This document shows, piece after piece, positions 53,270-55,336 of a stretch of DNA of 55,336 bases. Every line of letters begins with the position of its first letter. The stretch's first letter is position 1. The DNA is taken from contig JBDREN010000230.1 in the NCBI GenBank assembly GCA_043819795.1, positions 1-55,336 of the forward strand, given 5' to 3'. The DNA comes from Elusimicrobiota bacterium (lineage in GTDB: Bacteria; Elusimicrobiota; Elusimicrobia; UBA1565). The position numbers and the translations under genes are program-made. Below the pieces are notes generated by a model that saw nothing but the letters and a program-made list of their open reading frames with translations, ran no database searches and was not told the origin of the DNA.

Positions 53270-54640
53270 TCACTCGACGAGCTCGAGCCCTGACGCCGCC
53301 GAGGCGACGGCCGGGGCCGCCCTCAGGTAGCCGACGGCTGACTCTCCGAGGTTGCCGGCCGCGTCCCGGGCCGTGGCCTTGACCGCATAGAGGACGCCGG
53401 GCTCCGGCGCGAAGCGGGCCCGCGGGCCGCCGTCGCCGGGGACCTCCCCCCAGGCGGACCAGCCGTCCGCCGAGCGGCGCGCGTGGAGGAATCGGAAACC
53501 CTTCCTGTCCACCCCGCTGGCCGCGTCCACGGCCGAGGCGGAAAGCTCGACGGCGGGTCCCAGGGCGAGAGTGGCCGCTTCCGGGTCCGCGGACGCCGGG
53601 TAGGAAAGCGTCACTCGCGGCGGGGCCTCGTCCACTTGGCGGTAGAAATAGACGAAGAGCGCGGCCGCGCTCCGGATCGCCAGCGGGATCAGCGCGTCGC
53701 CCTCCTCGTCAAGCTCCTCCTGCGTGAATCCTCCCGCGCGGCGGCGGCCGGCGTCCACGGTGCCGTTCCTCCCGCGCAGGGGCCCGCTCCCGGAGCCCGT
53801 GTCATAGCGCAGCGTGACGGTGTCCGTCCTCAGGAACAGGTCGTAGAGCGTTTCGAAGGAGTCCACTGGCCCGGACGGTACCTCCGACCAGCGCGGGTAG
53901 GCGCTTTTAATGAACTCCTCGTAAACAGCCGAGCCCGGAAGCAGGTGCGCCCACCGGTGCGCGTGGGCGGGAACGGTCAGGTCCTCGAGCAGGTGGGCGA
54001 CGTGGCCCAGATACCAGTAGGCCGCGTTCTTCTCGCCCGCCCGGTACAGGGCCACCGCGCCCATGCCCCGCTTCCCCGCCAAGCGGCCCCTGCCGTCGCC
54101 CCAGGCGCGGTCGTATTTCCCGTCGAGGCCGTAGCCTCCGGTGAAAAACTTCTGGGCCCGGTTGACCGCGCTGTCGCTGCCCGGGATCCCCGCGAACGGC
54201 CCCTTGCGGCAGTCCCAGAAATGCGCGAGGTTGGGGATCACGTCGCCGAACGGGTTCAGGCGGGGCTGGTCCTCGTCATAGGTACCGGCCAGGACCGTGT
54301 CGTGCGCGCCGGCCGGGGGCTTGTTGCCGTCGAACTCCCCGATGTAGCGCGAGAGCTCCCCTCCCGAGAACTGCGCGGCGTACATGAGGTACGCCTGCCG
54401 GGTGAAGAACATGTGGGCGATGGGATTGTGCAGGTCGCGGACGGGGGCATCCGTGCCGCCGGAGGGATCATCCTCGGCGGGAAGGGGGCGTCCGGGAGCG
54501 TCCGGGACGGGCGCCTCGGCGCCCGCGTCGACCGTGGCCCAGCCCGCCTGGAAATACCGTTCCCGAAGCGATTGCTCCCGGGACTCGGCGCCGGCCGCGC
54601 ACAAAAGCAAAAGACACGCGGCGCAGGCCACCCGTTTCAC
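53270..54640 (-). CDS. Secreted Zn-dependent phospholipase C/P1-nuclease-like protein with a C-terminal Ig-like domain
   Basis: AGGAG RBS with GTG start, signal peptide. AH.F, YDED, HFWD, YLGHVAHLLEDLTVPAH, YEE, then DEAPP...ARDAAGN. Confidence 0.78.
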   Translation of the reverse strand: MKRVACAACLLLLCAAGAESREQSLRERYFQAGWATVDAGAEAPVPDAPGRPLPAEDDPSGGTDAPVRDLHNPIAHMFFTRQAYLMYAAQFSGGELSRYIGEFDGNKPPAGAHDTVLAGTYDEDQPRLNPFGDVIPNLAHFWDCRKGPFAGIPGSDSAVNRAQKFFTGGYGLDGKYDRAWGDGRGRLAGKRGMGAVALYRAGEKNAAYWYLGHVAHLLEDLTVPAHAHRWAHLLPGSAVYEEFIKSAYPRWSEVPSGPVDSFETLYDLFLRTDTVTLRYDTGSGSGPLRGRNGTVDAGRRRAGGFTQEELDEEGDALIPLAIRSAAALFVYFYRQVDEAPPRVTLSYPASADPEAATLALGPAVELSASAVDAASGVDRKGFRFLHARRSADGWSAWGEVPGDGGPRARFAPEPGVLYAVKATARDAAGNLGESAVGYLRAAPAVASAASGLELVE

Positions 54641-54799
54641 GCCGGATCTCCTAGCATCCGCATGCCGATTATATTGTGCTTTATTGCACTTTCGCGGTCA
54701 AGAGAGGCGTCACTCATTAGAGGTCCCCGCGTCAATGGGCAATAGAATCCCAGCCCACAGGCCGTGGTTGTTCGCCATTACGCCTATTCTCTGCCGCTG

Positions 54800-55128
54800 T
54801 TGAAGGTGAATCCGCATCCGGGTTCTCTTTGATCTAGCGTCGGCACGAAGCCGCGCCAGTCACTCATCAGGATCAAGGCTTCGGCGATAATGCTGCCGTC
54901 GCCCCTGCCCTCTGCTCGAGGGCCCAGAAAACCTTTGGTACCCTGCCGCGTGCCCATTTGGATGGCGGACCATGCCGCCGACAGATTCATGGCTTACGAC
55001 TTGCGTCGAGCCAACGCCTAACTGGTTCACGGCCGAGGCGTCTTCGCCTAAAACGGCGGTGGAGGAAGCGGCTAATCAGACGTGTTGGTTTTTCCAACGC
55101 CCTTGCCGAGCTCGCCTCCCCCACCTAA
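54800..55128 (-). ncRNA. Putative bridge/seek RNA of the IS110 element
   Basis: Series of stem-internal loop-stem hairpins downstream of the transposase stop. The 9-mer ATGAGTGAC (54867-54859) is identical to the element end (54717-54709). Confidence 0.65.
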
Positions 55129-55132
55129 ATCT

Positions 55133-55336
55133 TTACGCAAACGCTCGCGCCTCATCGAATAGCACCTGGTCTTTAAGTACGTGATAGCAGGCGCGAGCCA
55201 GCTTGTGGGCGACCGCCTTGATGGCAACGATCCCGTTGGTCTTGGCCTTCTTCCGCTGATAAAATCGCCGGCTGCGTTCGTTGTAGCGCACGGCAAAATG
55301 CGCCGCTTCGAAAAACGCCCAGGCCAAGTATTTGTT
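55133..55336 (-). CDS. IS110-family transposase/recombinase, C-terminal part (5' end outside the window)
   Basis: NKYLAWAFFEAA..A.R......FYQRK..K.....AIKAVAHKLARACYH.L, typical of the Transposase_20 C-terminal helices. Confidence 0.88.
   Translation of the reverse strand, partial: NKYLAWAFFEAAHFAVRYNERSRRFYQRKKAKTNGIVAIKAVAHKLARACYHVLKDQVLFDEARAFA

Larger units (their letters stand above)
54709..55336 (-). mobile_element. IS110-family (IS1111-type) insertion sequence, right part
   Basis: Transposase C-terminus, a long structured 3' non-coding region, and an outward -35 (TTGACG, 54735-54730) near the inferred end at ~54709. Confidence 0.8.

Noticed and set aside
54784..55296. Short ORFs 54784-54990, 54972-55184 and 55072-55296
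   Set aside because: They overlap the IS110 transposase tail or its structured non-coding end and have no protein-like features.

Overview
GC-rich bacterial window with no rRNA, tRNA or CRISPR array that I can see. The lineage may be Elusimicrobiota-like, which is only an inference from the surface-protein and caspase domain styles. The left 24.4 kb is a single uninterrupted minus-strand ORF that the supplied ORF track misses because it has no stop inside the window. It starts at ATG 24381, is at least 8127 codons long, and encodes a Sec-exported giant modular surface protein: cadherin/Big_9, PKD, DNRLRE-like, FN3 and Ig domains, six NHL propellers, an internal ~5.5 kb duplication and an unusual 133-aa repeat. 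It is the third gene of an apparent operon. The operon promoter shares a precisely spaced upstream motif with two neighbouring thrombospondin-type-3-repeat secreted-protein genes: CTGAC-45 bp AT-rich-GTCAG, three TTGTCA-like repeats at 11-bp period, then TATAnT. The middle and right parts carry a truncated pyruvate kinase, an NTT-HEAT-cNMP transporter, an AGCS symporter, an FAD oxidoreductase-cNMP fusion, a rubrerythrin plus rubredoxin-reductase pair, a cyclophilin, an NRAMP-like transporter, a GrpB protein, a methyltransferase, a caspase-family lipoprotein, a DksA/TraR protein and a phospholipase C-like protein. The right edge is the 3' end of an IS110/IS1111-type element. Its ~420-bp downstream non-coding region looks like a multi-loop bridge/seek RNA and contains a guide-like match to the element's own end. 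All domain calls are by-eye motif recognition, not database results, and domain boundaries are approximate.
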